Counted from the stretch's first letter, positions 8,647-19,506 are shown. The stretch is 64,000 nt of DNA from Candidatus Krumholzibacteriota bacterium (GCA_024275485.1 JAJRZA010000053.1:24608-88607), one strand, 5' to 3'. Numbers and translations are program-made. The notes: a model not told the origin generated them from the sequence alone.

Positions 8647-9439
8647 GAGGTCCTCCAGCAAAGAGTCGTCGAAAGTTCTTTGTGGTTTGAATATCGACTT
8701 CATTTTCCGTCATGCCCAAAACCGAGGCCACCTTGGCCCTGGTGTGCACCAGGTAGGACGATTCATTACGTTGCCCGCGATGAGGAACCGGCGGCAACCA
8801 GGGGGCATCGGTCTCCAGGAGAATCATTTCGATTCCAGCCAGTGCCACCAGGAAATCCAGTCGACTGTTTTTATAAGTGATGGGACCACCAATGCCGAGA
8901 TAAAATCCGCGCTCACGGGCCCATTCCACCGAGTCTTCATTTCCGGAAAAGGAATGCAGGATTCCACCGCAGGTGGGTACCCCGAACTCGTCGATCATGG
9001 CCAAAGTCTCCGTCCAGGCGTCTCTTATGTGAAACACCACAGGCAACTGAAGATCCTCCGCCATTGCCAATTGCAATTTCAATGCCGCTCTTTGGGCGGG
9101 GCGGGGGCTCAAGTCACGGTAGAAATCCAGCCCTATTTCGCCAATGGCCACCACCCGGGGATGCTTCGCCAAGTCCCTTAAACGGGCCAGAATGTCTTCT
9201 ATTTCGGGCACCGGCCTACCATCCGCATCTGCCAGCAGGGTGGCATCGTGGGGATGAATGCCGACGGTGGCCAAAATATCAGCATGGGATTCGGCCAGGG
9301 AAATGCTTTCTGTACTGCTGGCAAGGTCGTAGCCCACGTTGAGGAAGGCGGTGACACCGGCTGAGCGGGCACGTTGCAGGACCTCGGCTTGGGCACCAGC
9401 GAATTCCTCGCGGTTCAAGTGGACGTGACTGTCGATCAT
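8636..9439 (-). CDS. tatD: TatD-family metal-dependent DNase/hydrolase
   Basis: MIDSHVHL, TVGIHPH, AIGEIGLDFY, HSFSG and LETDAPWL motifs; ATG 9439 overlaps the upstream TGA. Confidence 0.95.
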   Translation of the reverse strand: MIDSHVHLNREEFAGAQAEVLQRARSAGVTAFLNVGYDLASSTESISLAESHADILATVGIHPHDATLLADADGRPVPEIEDILARLRDLAKHPRVVAIGEIGLDFYRDLSPRPAQRAALKLQLAMAEDLQLPVVFHIRDAWTETLAMIDEFGVPTCGGILHSFSGNEDSVEWARERGFYLGIGGPITYKNSRLDFLVALAGIEMILLETDAPWLPPVPHRGQRNESSYLVHTRAKVASVLGMTENEVDIQTTKNFRRLFAGGPLVS

Positions 9440-10413
9440 TTGCAACCACCGCCGTTTTTCCCGCAACCGCCTCCCGAACAACCTGAGGGAGGTTTGGGCT
9501 CGGGCAAATCCCGCTGTCCCTCCCAGGTCAATTCCCCAACTGAATATTCGGTCATGCGGTCCAATCCCACGACCGAGACGGAGACTATCTCCCTGATCAG
9601 ATCCAGTTTGCGCACGGTTCCGCGGCCATCCGGAGTGTTCAGGCGAGTGCCCACCCTCGGCATGCGCCGACGAATATCCAGGTAACTCTCCTGCTCGTAG
9701 GTCAGGCAGCAGCGCAGTCGGCCGCAGGGTCCACTCAACTTGCCGGGATTTAGGGGGAGCTGTTGCACTTTGGCCATTTTCAGGGTCACCGGAACAAATT
9801 CGTGCAAGAAACTGGAACAACAGAATTCTCGTCCGCAAACGCCGAGACCGCCCTTGAGTCGGGCTTCATCACGAACCCCGATTTGGCGCAGCTCTATGCG
9901 GGTGCGAAAAACGGAAGCCAGATCCCGCACCAATTCACGGAAATCCACCCGCTTTTCCGCGGTGAAAAAGAAGGTGATTTTTTTGTGGTCGAACTGTCGC
10001 TCCACCGAGACAAGGTTCATCTTCAGCCTGCGGGCAATAATTTTCTCCCGACAGATGTCCCAGAACTCCCACTCGTCGCCACGGTTGTTGTGCAGGCGGG
10101 CCAGATCGGATTTGGTCGCCAGGGACATGACACCCTGCCGATTCGCCGCTGCCCACCAATCCAGGTTACCGGGGCCGACGTAGTTGATGCGCCCCATGTC
10201 GTAGCCACGATCAGCCTCCACCAGGCAATAATGCCCAACCTTCAGGTCCACCAGTTTGCGGTTGTGGTAATAACCTTTGCGATGGCCCTTGAACTGGACC
10301 AGCACCAGGTCTTCGCCGGACAAATCCTGGTTTCTGGTTGAATCCTGCCCGGGACCGCGGTGACCGGGTTTGCCCCGGTTCCTGCCATCAGACGGATTGG
10401 TCTCGTGCAGCAT
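9436..10413 (-). CDS. ricT: PSP1-domain protein (RicT/YaaT-like)
   Basis: FFFTAEKRVDFRELVRDLA, RIELRQIGVRDEA, GVCGREFCC and KLSGPCGRLRCCLTYE motifs. Confidence 0.92.
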   Translation of the reverse strand: MLHETNPSDGRNRGKPGHRGPGQDSTRNQDLSGEDLVLVQFKGHRKGYYHNRKLVDLKVGHYCLVEADRGYDMGRINYVGPGNLDWWAAANRQGVMSLATKSDLARLHNNRGDEWEFWDICREKIIARRLKMNLVSVERQFDHKKITFFFTAEKRVDFRELVRDLASVFRTRIELRQIGVRDEARLKGGLGVCGREFCCSSFLHEFVPVTLKMAKVQQLPLNPGKLSGPCGRLRCCLTYEQESYLDIRRRMPRVGTRLNTPDGRGTVRKLDLIREIVSVSVVGLDRMTEYSVGELTWEGQRDLPEPKPPSGCSGGGCGKNGGGCK

Positions 10414-11620
10414 GATCTATCAATCCTTCAAACAACACCGCCATGGAAAGGCCGATGTTGATGTTGCGGTCAATTTCGCGTCGTGTGTTTTCGATCAGGG
10501 CCATGTCTTCCAAAAGGGTATCGGTCAGACGGTGACTCGCCACCCTGGACACCACGGATTCACTGATGGGCAGACGGGGTTTCCACTCATCCGCCAGTTC
10601 TCGACAGGCCACGGCATCACTGTAATGCAGAACCAACAATTCGCACAAGCGAATGGCTCGCCCCCGGCTATCGGCCAGGGAGTTTTTTTCCTTGTCATTG
10701 CGCCCCTTCTTGGGCGGCTTGATGTCCAGGGTATGACTGTACACCCCACGATGGATTTCGTCAGCACTGATGGCGGTCATTCCGCGCTCTTGCATATCGA
10801 TCCAGTCGAAGAGGCGACTAGACCACTGCACCAGACCCAGCACTGTCGGCTCCAGCATGGCCAGGGCCTGTCTGGCATTCCCTTCGGCCATGCGGCTGAC
10901 CTGGGCGGCCCGCGCCTGGTCGGCACCACCATCTTCAATCAAAATGCGGGTCAGTTGCTCGTCGGTCCAGGGTTTGAAGATAATTTTCTGGCAACGCGAA
11001 AGAATGGTGGGCAACATGCCGTCGGTGCTGGTGGTCATCAGAAAAATTACCGTATTTTCGGAAGGTTCTTCAAGGGTTTTGAGGAAGGCGTTGGCCGCCG
11101 AGGGGTTGAACCGATGACTGTCCGCAACGATGGCAACCTTGTAACGTCCCTGGAAAGAGCGCTTGCGCAGGAAGTGGATCAGGGAACGAATGGTCAGTTG
11201 GGCTGGTTTTTCGGGATCCCCGATGCGCACAAAACTGGTGGCGGCAAACCCCGGCATGAAGAAAGGATTCTCGACCTTGTTTTTATAAAGACGACACACC
11301 TGGGCCTCGTCCACCGACGCGGGCGAAGGACAAATCCAGCGCACATCCGGATGTTGGAAACTGAGAGTTTTGACGCAACTCTCGCACCGGCGTTCAGCAG
11401 AACAGGAATCGGATCCGGCGCAATTGATCAGGCGAGAAAATTCCAGGGCGGTGTTTTCCTTGCCGCAGCCCTCGGGACCAACCAACAGGAAGGGTTGCCC
11501 CAGCTTGCCGGCCGCGGCAACAGCCTGCAGTTTTTCCAAAACGGCCTTCCGGCCCAGAAACGCTTTTCTGCCCAAAACCCAAACTCCCGGTGTGCGGTAC
11601 GCCGGAACCAAGGCCGGCAA
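10388..11620 (-). CDS. holB: DNA polymerase III subunit delta'
   Basis: LLVGPEGCGK, Cys4 Zn module, HPDV, SAANAFLKTLEEP and LPTILSRC motifs; the true start may be TTG 11575. Confidence 0.9.
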   Translation of the reverse strand: MPALVPAYRTPGVWVLGRKAFLGRKAVLEKLQAVAAAGKLGQPFLLVGPEGCGKENTALEFSRLINCAGSDSCSAERRCESCVKTLSFQHPDVRWICPSPASVDEAQVCRLYKNKVENPFFMPGFAATSFVRIGDPEKPAQLTIRSLIHFLRKRSFQGRYKVAIVADSHRFNPSAANAFLKTLEEPSENTVIFLMTTSTDGMLPTILSRCQKIIFKPWTDEQLTRILIEDGGADQARAAQVSRMAEGNARQALAMLEPTVLGLVQWSSRLFDWIDMQERGMTAISADEIHRGVYSHTLDIKPPKKGRNDKEKNSLADSRGRAIRLCELLVLHYSDAVACRELADEWKPRLPISESVVSRVASHRLTDTLLEDMALIENTRREIDRNINIGLSMAVLFEGLIDHAARDQSV

Positions 11621-11623
11621 GAA

Positions 11624-12829
11624 TCATCGGGACCGCAACCAATCCATGGGGTCAAGGGGTGTCTTGCCGTGACGAATCTCGAAATACAGCTGGGAGGGTT
11701 CTCCCGATTCGGGTCGTCCTACCTCGGCAATGACCTGGCCACGAGCGATTTCCTCGCTTGCGGCCACGAAGACACGGTCCAGATGCGCGTACAGGGTATA
11801 ATACCCTGCGCCGTGGTCAAGGATAACGCATTGGCCGAATCCGGGCAAACGATCAGAATACTCCACCCGGCCAACGGCCACCGCGGCCACGGGCGCCCCT
11901 TGGCGGGCCGCAATATTTACACCGTTGTTCAAGGTCACAGTTTGGAATCGAGGATGTACCGAACGGCCAAATCCGCGCAGTAACTCCCCTCGGGCGGGCC
12001 ATTCCAGTTGCCCCGCCAAATCCGTCAACTGGTTGGCATAAGGAACATTTTCAGCCCGGCGACGAGAGCGCAATTCCTCCAAATCACTCAGAACATAAGC
12101 CAAACGCTGTTCGTTCAAGCTCAATTCCACCAAACGGTCCTTGATTTCCCGCCGCTCATGTGCCAAATCCCGCAGGGAAGCCATTTGTTCGGCCAGGAGA
12201 TTCTCCATGTGGCCACTTTGGACCCCCACTTCTTCACGAGACAAGTAAATCTCCGCCAGGGATACTTCCATTTGCTTTTGTCGACTGGAAATAAGACTTG
12301 CTTCGGTGCGGGTTTCATCCATCAGGCCGGCGCCCAGCTTGACCATCAGATCCTCCCACTTCATGCGGATGACCATGCGGGAAAAGCTGCCACTGCTGAG
12401 AATGGATTCGAGTTTTCCCTGACGACCCCGGATATACATGGACCGCAGATGAGAGCTCAGTGCTTGCCGGGAAGCTTCGTAATACGTTTTGCTATGGGCC
12501 AATTCCCTTTCCAGGACCTTGTTTTGCTGAACCAGCAACCGTTCTCGTTGATCCATTTCAGCCAGCAACTGATGGGTCAATTCGATTTCACGGGTCACTT
12601 CATCATGACTGCGGAGGATTATTTTCTCCCGATGGTCGAGATCTTTTTCCTCATTGCGGAAAGCCTGGATTTCCACTTGCAGATTAGCCAGTTCTACGTT
12701 GCTCTTGTCGATTTTCTCCTGCAGGACGTCCACCGCTGCCAGTTGACCCGCAGGGGTATCATCCAGCCCAGCAAAAGCAACCGCTGACATCAGAGCGCCG
12801 AACACAATGACCATGCCAAGGTGTCTCAT
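11624..12829 (-). CDS. envC: Murein hydrolase activator EnvC (coiled coil plus M23-like domain)
   Basis: Signal peptide, long coiled coil, C-terminal M23-like domain (LEWPARG, NNGVNI, YTLYAHL, LYFEIRHG); directly follows ftsX. Confidence 0.9.
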   Translation of the reverse strand: MRHLGMVIVFGALMSAVAFAGLDDTPAGQLAAVDVLQEKIDKSNVELANLQVEIQAFRNEEKDLDHREKIILRSHDEVTREIELTHQLLAEMDQRERLLVQQNKVLERELAHSKTYYEASRQALSSHLRSMYIRGRQGKLESILSSGSFSRMVIRMKWEDLMVKLGAGLMDETRTEASLISSRQKQMEVSLAEIYLSREEVGVQSGHMENLLAEQMASLRDLAHERREIKDRLVELSLNEQRLAYVLSDLEELRSRRRAENVPYANQLTDLAGQLEWPARGELLRGFGRSVHPRFQTVTLNNGVNIAARQGAPVAAVAVGRVEYSDRLPGFGQCVILDHGAGYYTLYAHLDRVFVAASEEIARGQVIAEVGRPESGEPSQLYFEIRHGKTPLDPMDWLRSR

Positions 12830-13713
12830 AAGAACTCACTCCCGAGCATGAGGTATTTTCGCATGGCCGCCCAGCTGCCAATGAACCCCAACAAGACACA
12901 AAAAAGAACAAATCCGATAATCTGGACCGGGTTGAAAAACACCACACCCGTCAGATGATTCGAAAGTACCTTTCCAATTCCCGCTACAAGCCCCATGGCC
13001 AAAACACCGGCCAGAAGTCCCTGCAGAATGCCTTCCAAAAGAAAAGGCGTGCGGATGAAAACATTGGTCGCCCCCACAAGTTTCTGGATGTGGATGATGC
13101 GCTCGCTGGAAGCCACCGTCAGCTTCACCGTATTGCTGATGACAAATACTACCGCCAGGAAGACCAATAGACCAACCACGAGACTGGCCATCTGAAAACG
13201 AAAGGCCCAGGCCTCAAGGCTGTTGATCCACTCCTGGTTGAAGACAATTTCTCCCACCTGGGACCAAGCCGCGATCTCATCCCGGATGCCTCGAACGGAC
13301 TCCAGATTACGGGCCTCATCCCGCAAAACCATGTGGTAGGATGCGGGCAGGGGGTTTTCCGGGAGCAAATCCAGGATTTCCGCTTCGGCCCCCAGATCCT
13401 GCCGAAACTGGCTCAGAGCGGTCTCCGGGGATATGAAATCCACCTGTTTCACACCGGGAATAATGACCAATCGCGGTTGCAATTCGGCCACATCTTCAGC
13501 GGTGGCACCTTCTTTTAGGAAAACGCGGATGTCGATGCTTTCACGGGCGGAGGCCAACAGATATCCCAGATTCAGGGTTGCCAAAGTCAGTACAGCCAGC
13601 ACCAACAGCGACGCTCCCATGATCAGGATGGTGACACCGGTGGTCAATTTCCGCCGGTGAAACCCGGCAAAGGACTCCCTTGCAAGGTAGGCAATCTGGT
13701 TTGATTTAAGCAT
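12826..13713 (-). CDS. ftsX: Cell division permease FtsX
   Basis: ENPLPASY, VISNTVKLTV, KLVGATNVFIRTPFLLEG motifs; four TM segments; ATG 13713 overlaps the ftsE end. Confidence 0.94.
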   Translation of the reverse strand: MLKSNQIAYLARESFAGFHRRKLTTGVTILIMGASLLVLAVLTLATLNLGYLLASARESIDIRVFLKEGATAEDVAELQPRLVIIPGVKQVDFISPETALSQFRQDLGAEAEILDLLPENPLPASYHMVLRDEARNLESVRGIRDEIAAWSQVGEIVFNQEWINSLEAWAFRFQMASLVVGLLVFLAVVFVISNTVKLTVASSERIIHIQKLVGATNVFIRTPFLLEGILQGLLAGVLAMGLVAGIGKVLSNHLTGVVFFNPVQIIGFVLFCVLLGFIGSWAAMRKYLMLGSEFL

Positions 13714-14587
13714 GCATGGACTCGCTTTCGGGTCTGCGGACAGGCGCCTCCGGTCGGTACATTCGGTCGGCGAGCGAGGCCTTGCGGTTGGTATCGCCAG
13801 TGCGTTTGATGTCGGATTTGATCTCACCGTTATCCACCACGATCACCCGTTGGCCAAAGGTTTTGACGATTTGGTGATCGTGGGTGCTGAACACCACGCA
13901 GGTTCCGCCGTCGTTGATGCGGAATAGAAGATTGATGATATCCTGGGCCGTGACCGGGTCGAGATTGCCGGTGGGTTCGTCTGCCAAAAGGATTTTGGGA
14001 CTGTTGACCATGGCCCGGGCGATGGCCACCCGCTGCTGCTCACCTCCGCTGAGTTGACGGGGATAACGATGCCGTTTTTCCCACAACCCCACTTGGGTAA
14101 GTACGCGCATGATGTTCTTTTTCATCTGGGCTTTCCCAATGCCCACAACAAGTTGCGGGAATTCGACATTGGACTCCACCGTCCGGTCTTCCAACAGACG
14201 GAAGTCCTGAAAAACAAAACCGATCTCCCTGCGCAACTGGGGAATTTTTCGGCGATTCATCTTGCTGGCCATCATGCCGCGCACAATGACTTCTCCCTGG
14301 GTGGGACGCGCATCCATGGCAATGAGACGCAGAATGCTGCTTTTTCCAGCACCGCTTGGTCCGGTGAGGCACAGGAATTCCCCGTTTTCCACCGTGAAGT
14401 TTACATCGCGCAAGGCCATTTGGTCTTTGTACTCGAGATGGGCATGGTATAATCCCACCACCACGCGGGCATCAAGAGGGCCATTTTCTTTGGGCTGGGT
14501 GGTAGTCAAGATCCTGCTCACTTTCCAATGATTGCCGGCCGTGTCCAACAGGCCCGGTCCCGTAAACTGCAAATTTGTTGGGGACAA
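13706..14587 (-). CDS. ftsE: Cell division ATP-binding protein FtsE
   Basis: [33 protein letters not shown] and [11 protein letters not shown] motifs; upstream of ftsX. The real start is probably downstream of 14587. Confidence 0.93.
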   Translation of the reverse strand: MSPTNLQFTGPGLLDTAGNHWKVSRILTTTQPKENGPLDARVVVGLYHAHLEYKDQMALRDVNFTVENGEFLCLTGPSGAGKSSILRLIAMDARPTQGEVIVRGMMASKMNRRKIPQLRREIGFVFQDFRLLEDRTVESNVEFPQLVVGIGKAQMKKNIMRVLTQVGLWEKRHRYPRQLSGGEQQRVAIARAMVNSPKILLADEPTGNLDPVTAQDIINLLFRINDGGTCVVFSTHDHQIVKTFGQRVIVVDNGEIKSDIKRTGDTNRKASLADRMYRPEAPVRRPESESMHA

Positions 14588-14622
14588 AATGAGGGGTTAA
14601 TTCTGGAAGTCCCGACCTTTGG

Positions 14623-14652
14623 TTGCACAAACCATACCGCTGTGGCCATAAT
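14623..14652 (+). promoter_or_regulatory. Putative sigma70-type promoter for the glycosyltransferase gene
   Basis: TTGCAC-N18-CATAAT in the divergent intergenic region; gggag RBS before TTG 14694. Confidence 0.4.
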
Positions 14653-14693
14653 ATCCGGATCTTCCCCGCAGTCCTGAACCTGGGAGCCTAAAT

Positions 14694-16186
14694 TTGTCTC
14701 AGCCCAAACTCAGCTTGTGCATGATCATCCGCGATGAGCAGGAGATGCTGCCTGGTTTCCTGGACAGCGTGGCCAACCTTTGGGACGAGTTGATTGTGGT
14801 GGACACCGGCAGCACCGACGATTCGGTTCGTCTGGTGGAAGCCGCCGGAGCCAGGTTGATTCATTTTTCCTGGATTGACGACTTCTCCGCCGCCCGCAAC
14901 GCCTCTCTCGAGTCGGCCACTGGCCGGTGGATCCTCTTCCTGGACGCAGATGAGCGGCCCGCCGCCGGGCTGGTTCAGGAAATCCGGTCTCTGGTGGAGG
15001 ACCCTCTTGCAGGGCCGCCACGGTGATCATGCGCAACCAGTGGCCGGACGGTGGCCGCCGCGACGCTCCACTGCTGCGATTATTCCGCAACCACCCGTCC
15101 ATCCGCTTCGAGCACCGCATCCATGAAGACATCAGCATCGGGGTCAGGGATTTTCTGCAGACAAACAACCTGCGTATGCGTCACCTGAACGGAGTGGTTC
15201 AGCACTTGGGATATGTGCGGGAAGTAGCCCGGGGCCGGGACAAGAAGAGGCGTGATCTGGAGTTGCTGAATCGTTCGCTGGAAAGCGACCCCAACGATTT
15301 CTACTGCTGGTTCAAAATCCTGGAAATCGCCCGGTTTTGGCATGACCGGCCATTGTGGGAAAACAAAGCCGGCGAGGTGGCAGGGTTGTTGAGCAAAGCC
15401 ACCCGGTCAATCAGATCCGACCTCCTGAAACGTCCCTTCAGTGGCGAATTTGCTGCCCTGGTGGCCCAGGGTTTGAATGCCAGCGATGAAGATCGTCTCC
15501 ACTGGTTGGACCAATCATCCGACTTTGCCGCTCCCACTTCGGCCTGGCATTTGCGTCGGGGTTTGCTCCTGGAAAATCTGGACCGCCTTGCTGATGCGGA
15601 CAAGGCATTTCAGGCCTGTTTGACCCCGGAGGCCATTCCTTCAATTCAGGCTATCGCCATCCGGGCTCACCTGGGTCTGTGTCGTTTGGCCATGGCCAAA
15701 GCCGCACCCCGGGAAGCGGTCGATCACCTTCGCAAGGCCTGCCACCTGGGCCCCTGCGATGCGGAAGCCCTGTTGGCAGCCGTCACCATCCTGCCTCTGG
15801 TTGACCCTGAAAACCAACCCGAAAAATTTATCGGTGAGCATATGCGGGGACATCCGGAAGCTGCCCTGGAACTGGGACGGTCCCTGATGGGCACCGGGCA
15901 GGTGGAATCCGCAGGGAAAATCCTGTCCCCCCTGGCCGGGCACCAGGCCGATGCCGCTCTGGGTTATCTTGTTTGCTGTCTGGTACAGAATCTGGACCTG
16001 GACCTGCAGGTTGATGTACGGCAGGAAACAGCAGATCGGGTGTTCAGGGGCTGGATTCGGCAGCTTTGGCAAAGTCGAAACACCGTGGCCATGGAAGCCT
16101 TTGCCGATGGTTGTGGCTCGATCATGGGAATATTCCCCTGGTTGCCGGATTTTCTTCAGGAGGAAACCCGACGCCTGCAACCATAG
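14694..16186 (+). pseudogene. GT2 glycosyltransferase with TPR-like C-terminus, apparently frameshifted (ORFs 14694-15026 and 15023-16186)
   Basis: LSLCMIIRDE, VDTGSTD, DFSAARN and LFLDADE in ORF1; RLFRN...FEHRIHE and HLGY in ORF2. One extra G in GGG 15012-15014 joins the two as ...DPLAGAATVIMRN. Confidence 0.85.
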
Positions 16187-16191
16187 GCGAT

Positions 16192-16221
16192 AAAAAGCCG
16201 GACCGCCAAGGGACAGTCCGG
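16192..16221 (-). terminator. Intrinsic terminator after surA
   Basis: ccggac/gtccgg stem followed by a T tract on the minus strand. Confidence 0.6.
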
Positions 16222-16244
16222 GGCATTCGGCCTGAAATTGTCCC

Positions 16245-17579
16245 TCAGATTTTCTCATCAATAAAGAAGCGTTTTTTCAACCCTTCCACATATTCCGCCA
16301 AAGCAACTTCAATTTTTTCGCTCTCAACAGCCTGCCGCAGATTGTCCTTCAGCTCTTCGAAGGTGTACTTGTGGCCTTCGGTCTTTCCCAGTACCTGGAA
16401 GATATACCAACCGGCCGGGGTCAACAGCGGTTCGGTTACCACACCAACTTCAGCATCCTGCAAGGCCTCCTGGAACTGGGTGGAAAGATCCTTGAGACTG
16501 AATGTACCGAGCAGACCACCTTTGCCAGCAGATACTGGATCGGCGCTGACCTCGGCCGCCACCCGGGCGAAATTCTCACCCGAGATTATGCGCTGGCGGG
16601 CAGCCTTGATCTGATCTTCAGCCAGCTTCATATCCGCTTCGGTAATTTCGATGGGAAAAAAGATCTGACTGAGAGCACGCTTGCCATTGGGTTGAACGGA
16701 GTTGACCAGTAAAAGGTGAACCCCCCGGGAGCTGATCACAGGATCACTCACCTGGCCCACCAGCAGGGAAAAGACAGCTCGGTCCAGGCTGGAGTCGAAA
16801 AGATCGCCCGGCCCCACCACTCCCACTGCCCCACCTCGACTGGCGTTGGGGCCGGCGCTGTACTTTCGAGCCAAATGTTCAAAACTCACCCCGGCAGCCA
16901 GTTCCGCTTGCACCTTTTCCACATTCACCTGAATTTCCTGGCGCACCGTCAGGCTGGGCTGCACCGGGACCAGAATATTGGCGATGGTCAGACTATCGGG
17001 TTCCACAGGCATTTCCGCCAGATGATCCAGGTAGTAGTCCCTAACTTCATTGTCCAACACCTCGACCTTGGGCCGGATAAATTTTCCCACCACCAGGCGC
17101 AAGTACTGCTGGTCACGCATTTGGCTGCTCATGCGTGTCTTGTAGTCACCCAGAGTCATGCCATTGCGTTTCAATTCGGTCTGCAAGGCGTCAAGGGAAC
17201 CAAAGTGTTCGATAAACTGGTCGATTTTCTGCTGGACGCTGGCTTCGATGGCTTCTTCATCCACCGACATGTCCTCCTGTTTGGCTGCCGCGATAATCAG
17301 CTTGCTCTCCATGAGGCGCTCGAGCATTTCCCGACGCACCTCGGTGGGGGTTTCGCTGATGGTCTGACCGGCATATTCTTTTTCCAGTTGGTAGAGTTCG
17401 ACTTCCCTGTCCACATCACTCTGCAGAATGGCCTCTTCATCGACGATGGCCACGATTCGATCCACAAGGACCGTCTCCTGGGCTACGGCTGCCGGTATGA
17501 ATGCCGTCAGCCACAGGAAACAGAATCCCCAAAAACCTGGGCCCCAAACCCGTCGATTGTTTACTCGCAAGATCATCAA
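16245..17579 (-). CDS. surA: SurA-like periplasmic chaperone/PPIase
   Basis: Signal peptide, VDRIVAIVDEEAILQSDV N-terminal domain, two parvulin domains (FEHLARKYS...GG; FARVAAEVSADP...GGLLG). Confidence 0.88.
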   Translation of the reverse strand: MMILRVNNRRVWGPGFWGFCFLWLTAFIPAAVAQETVLVDRIVAIVDEEAILQSDVDREVELYQLEKEYAGQTISETPTEVRREMLERLMESKLIIAAAKQEDMSVDEEAIEASVQQKIDQFIEHFGSLDALQTELKRNGMTLGDYKTRMSSQMRDQQYLRLVVGKFIRPKVEVLDNEVRDYYLDHLAEMPVEPDSLTIANILVPVQPSLTVRQEIQVNVEKVQAELAAGVSFEHLARKYSAGPNASRGGAVGVVGPGDLFDSSLDRAVFSLLVGQVSDPVISSRGVHLLLVNSVQPNGKRALSQIFFPIEITEADMKLAEDQIKAARQRIISGENFARVAAEVSADPVSAGKGGLLGTFSLKDLSTQFQEALQDAEVGVVTEPLLTPAGWYIFQVLGKTEGHKYTFEELKDNLRQAVESEKIEVALAEYVEGLKKRFFIDEKI

Positions 17580-17590
17580 TCCTCCAGGAA

Positions 17591-19450
17591 TCAGTTACGG
17601 GGAACCAGGTTATCGGGGACCTTGACCTCGGTGAGTTCTTTCCAGGACTTCAATTCGGCCAGCTTTTCAGTGAAAATCTCCACCCCGATTTCGTCTTTCC
17701 ATTCCTCCAGAATCTTTACAAAAGCGGCCTCCTGACGTTTGCTCCGCATTCGTCCACCGATAGCCTCGGAAACCTCATACAATTCGTAGGCTTTCGAGGG
17801 CTTGATGAAGTCCAGCTGGACCACGGCAAAATTGCCCTCGTTCACGGTGAATGGTTGGCTGACTCCCCCCACTTCGAGAGCAAAGAACTTTGCGGCCAGA
17901 GGTGATGGGCTATTGATACCCAAATAATCGGTTTTACCGCCACGTTGCTTGTTATTCGGGTCAGTGCCAAAATCCACCAGGATCTTGCGCCAGGAAACGC
18001 CATCGATGATGGCCTTGTAGGCTTCATCGGCCTTCTCCCGGTTCAAGCAAATAACCAGATGGCCAGCGCGGGTCTCGGGAGAGATATATTCATCCTGGTG
18101 CTCGGCCCAGAACTCCGCCAACTGCTCGGGAGTGATCTTTTCATCATATGCAACAGCTTCCTTGTACAGACGCGTCACCATGATCTCTTCGATCTTCTTA
18201 TCCACGATGGCAACCACATCCGCTCGTTCGAAATAGCCACGCTTTTCAGCTTCAATGTTCATCATTCCGCGCTCAATTTCATCTTCAATCTTCCGCCGCA
18301 GGCCACCAAGCATTTCTTCTTTTTTGGGACGTTGGAAAACACCCATTTTGTCGAAATGGATTTTATAGTCAGCCACCGTCGATTCGACGGGTTGCCCATC
18401 TTTCCCCTTGTATGAATAGAAAATCAGTCCCAGGTCTTCGGTCCTGACCTCCAGATCCTTCAATTGGTCGCGTTTGTATGGCTCATTGGTTTACGGATCC
18501 ATCAGCCCGCCTTCGGGCATCCCCTGGTACACGGCCCACAGAGCATCCTGATTGATTTTAAACTCGTATTTGGCTCTGATCTCTTTTTTGAATTTCTGGC
18601 GCGTTTCACCAATTTTTCGGTTGCGGGCGATATCCAGGATATGGGCCTTGGCCACTTCCAAATCAGGTTTTTCGTCATGCCTGATTTCAATCACACGCAC
18701 AACCCAATAACCATAGGAGGAAAGAATTGGCAGGGAAACACCTCCCAGATCGGTGGCGAAGATTTTTTCCTCAAAATCCAAGGAGTATTGCCCAAAAGGC
18801 ACCAAGAGTTCGTATTTGTTGGACACCGAACGAGTGCCATCATGGTACTTGTTGACCACATCCTCCCAGTCAGCACCGGACAAGGCGTATTGCCGAGCTT
18901 TCAGGGCATCCGCTTCCAGATTACAGATCACGTAATTGCAATTATATACAGTGCCCATCTTGGAATAAAAATCCTGAAGTTCCTCTTCAGAGATGGTGGA
19001 TGTTACCTCCAGCACCACGTCGTTCCACAAAGCCAGACCGGCCTGGTACTGGATCATATTCAGGCGGGCGGAAATCACGGTGGGATCCAGATTGTAACCC
19101 AGCTTGATGGCTTTTTGATTCATGAGTTCTTTGTTGACCAGGACATCCATAAAGGCACGCTTGCCTTCCAGGGTGCCCATGTCCATGACAACGCCATCTT
19201 TCCGGGGAAGTTCATCGACGGTCAAATTGGACAAGCGGTCTTCGTAATATTTGGCTGTGATCTCACCATCGCCCACTTTGGCCAGCACCGCGGAGTGGTC
19301 CTCGTATTTGGAAAAGTCATTGTCGGCCTTGTCGCCGCCACAGCCAGTGGCCAGAAGAGACACCAAAATGGCGCCCACCAGAATCAGGGTTGTGGAAATT
19401 GTTGGACGGTTCCTGAGGGAGGTCCGATTGGTAGCGAGGCTCGAAAACAT
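17591..19450 (-). pseudogene. Tandem-repeat PrsA/SurA-like PPIase lipoprotein interrupted by an in-frame TAA at 18491-18493 (ORFs 18491-19450 and 17591-18463)
   Basis: aaggag RBS and ATG 19450, LLATG-C lipobox, two chaperone/parvulin-like repeats. Both ORFs share one frame: ...GLMDP*TNEPYKRDQLKDLEV... Confidence 0.8.
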
Positions 19451-19506
19451 GATCACTCCTTGTTTTTGGTCCAAATTTGGATTTATCCGGATATTCCGGA
19501 TTCGGT

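Noticed and set aside
9440-9838. 132-aa N-terminal extension of TatD in the ORF track
   Set aside because: It overlaps ricT in another frame. The ATGA-coupled ATG at 9439 gives a canonical MIDSHVH start.
10370-11983. Long antisense or alternate-frame ORFs (also 21463-22596, 40886-42073, 46030-47271, 52536-53546, 58920-59960)
   Set aside because: These are shadow ORFs opposite well-supported genes, expected from biased codon usage, and they carry no recognisable motifs.
15024-15026. TGA as selenocysteine in the glycosyltransferase
   Set aside because: Homology continues in a different frame, so the lesion is a frameshift and not a readthrough.
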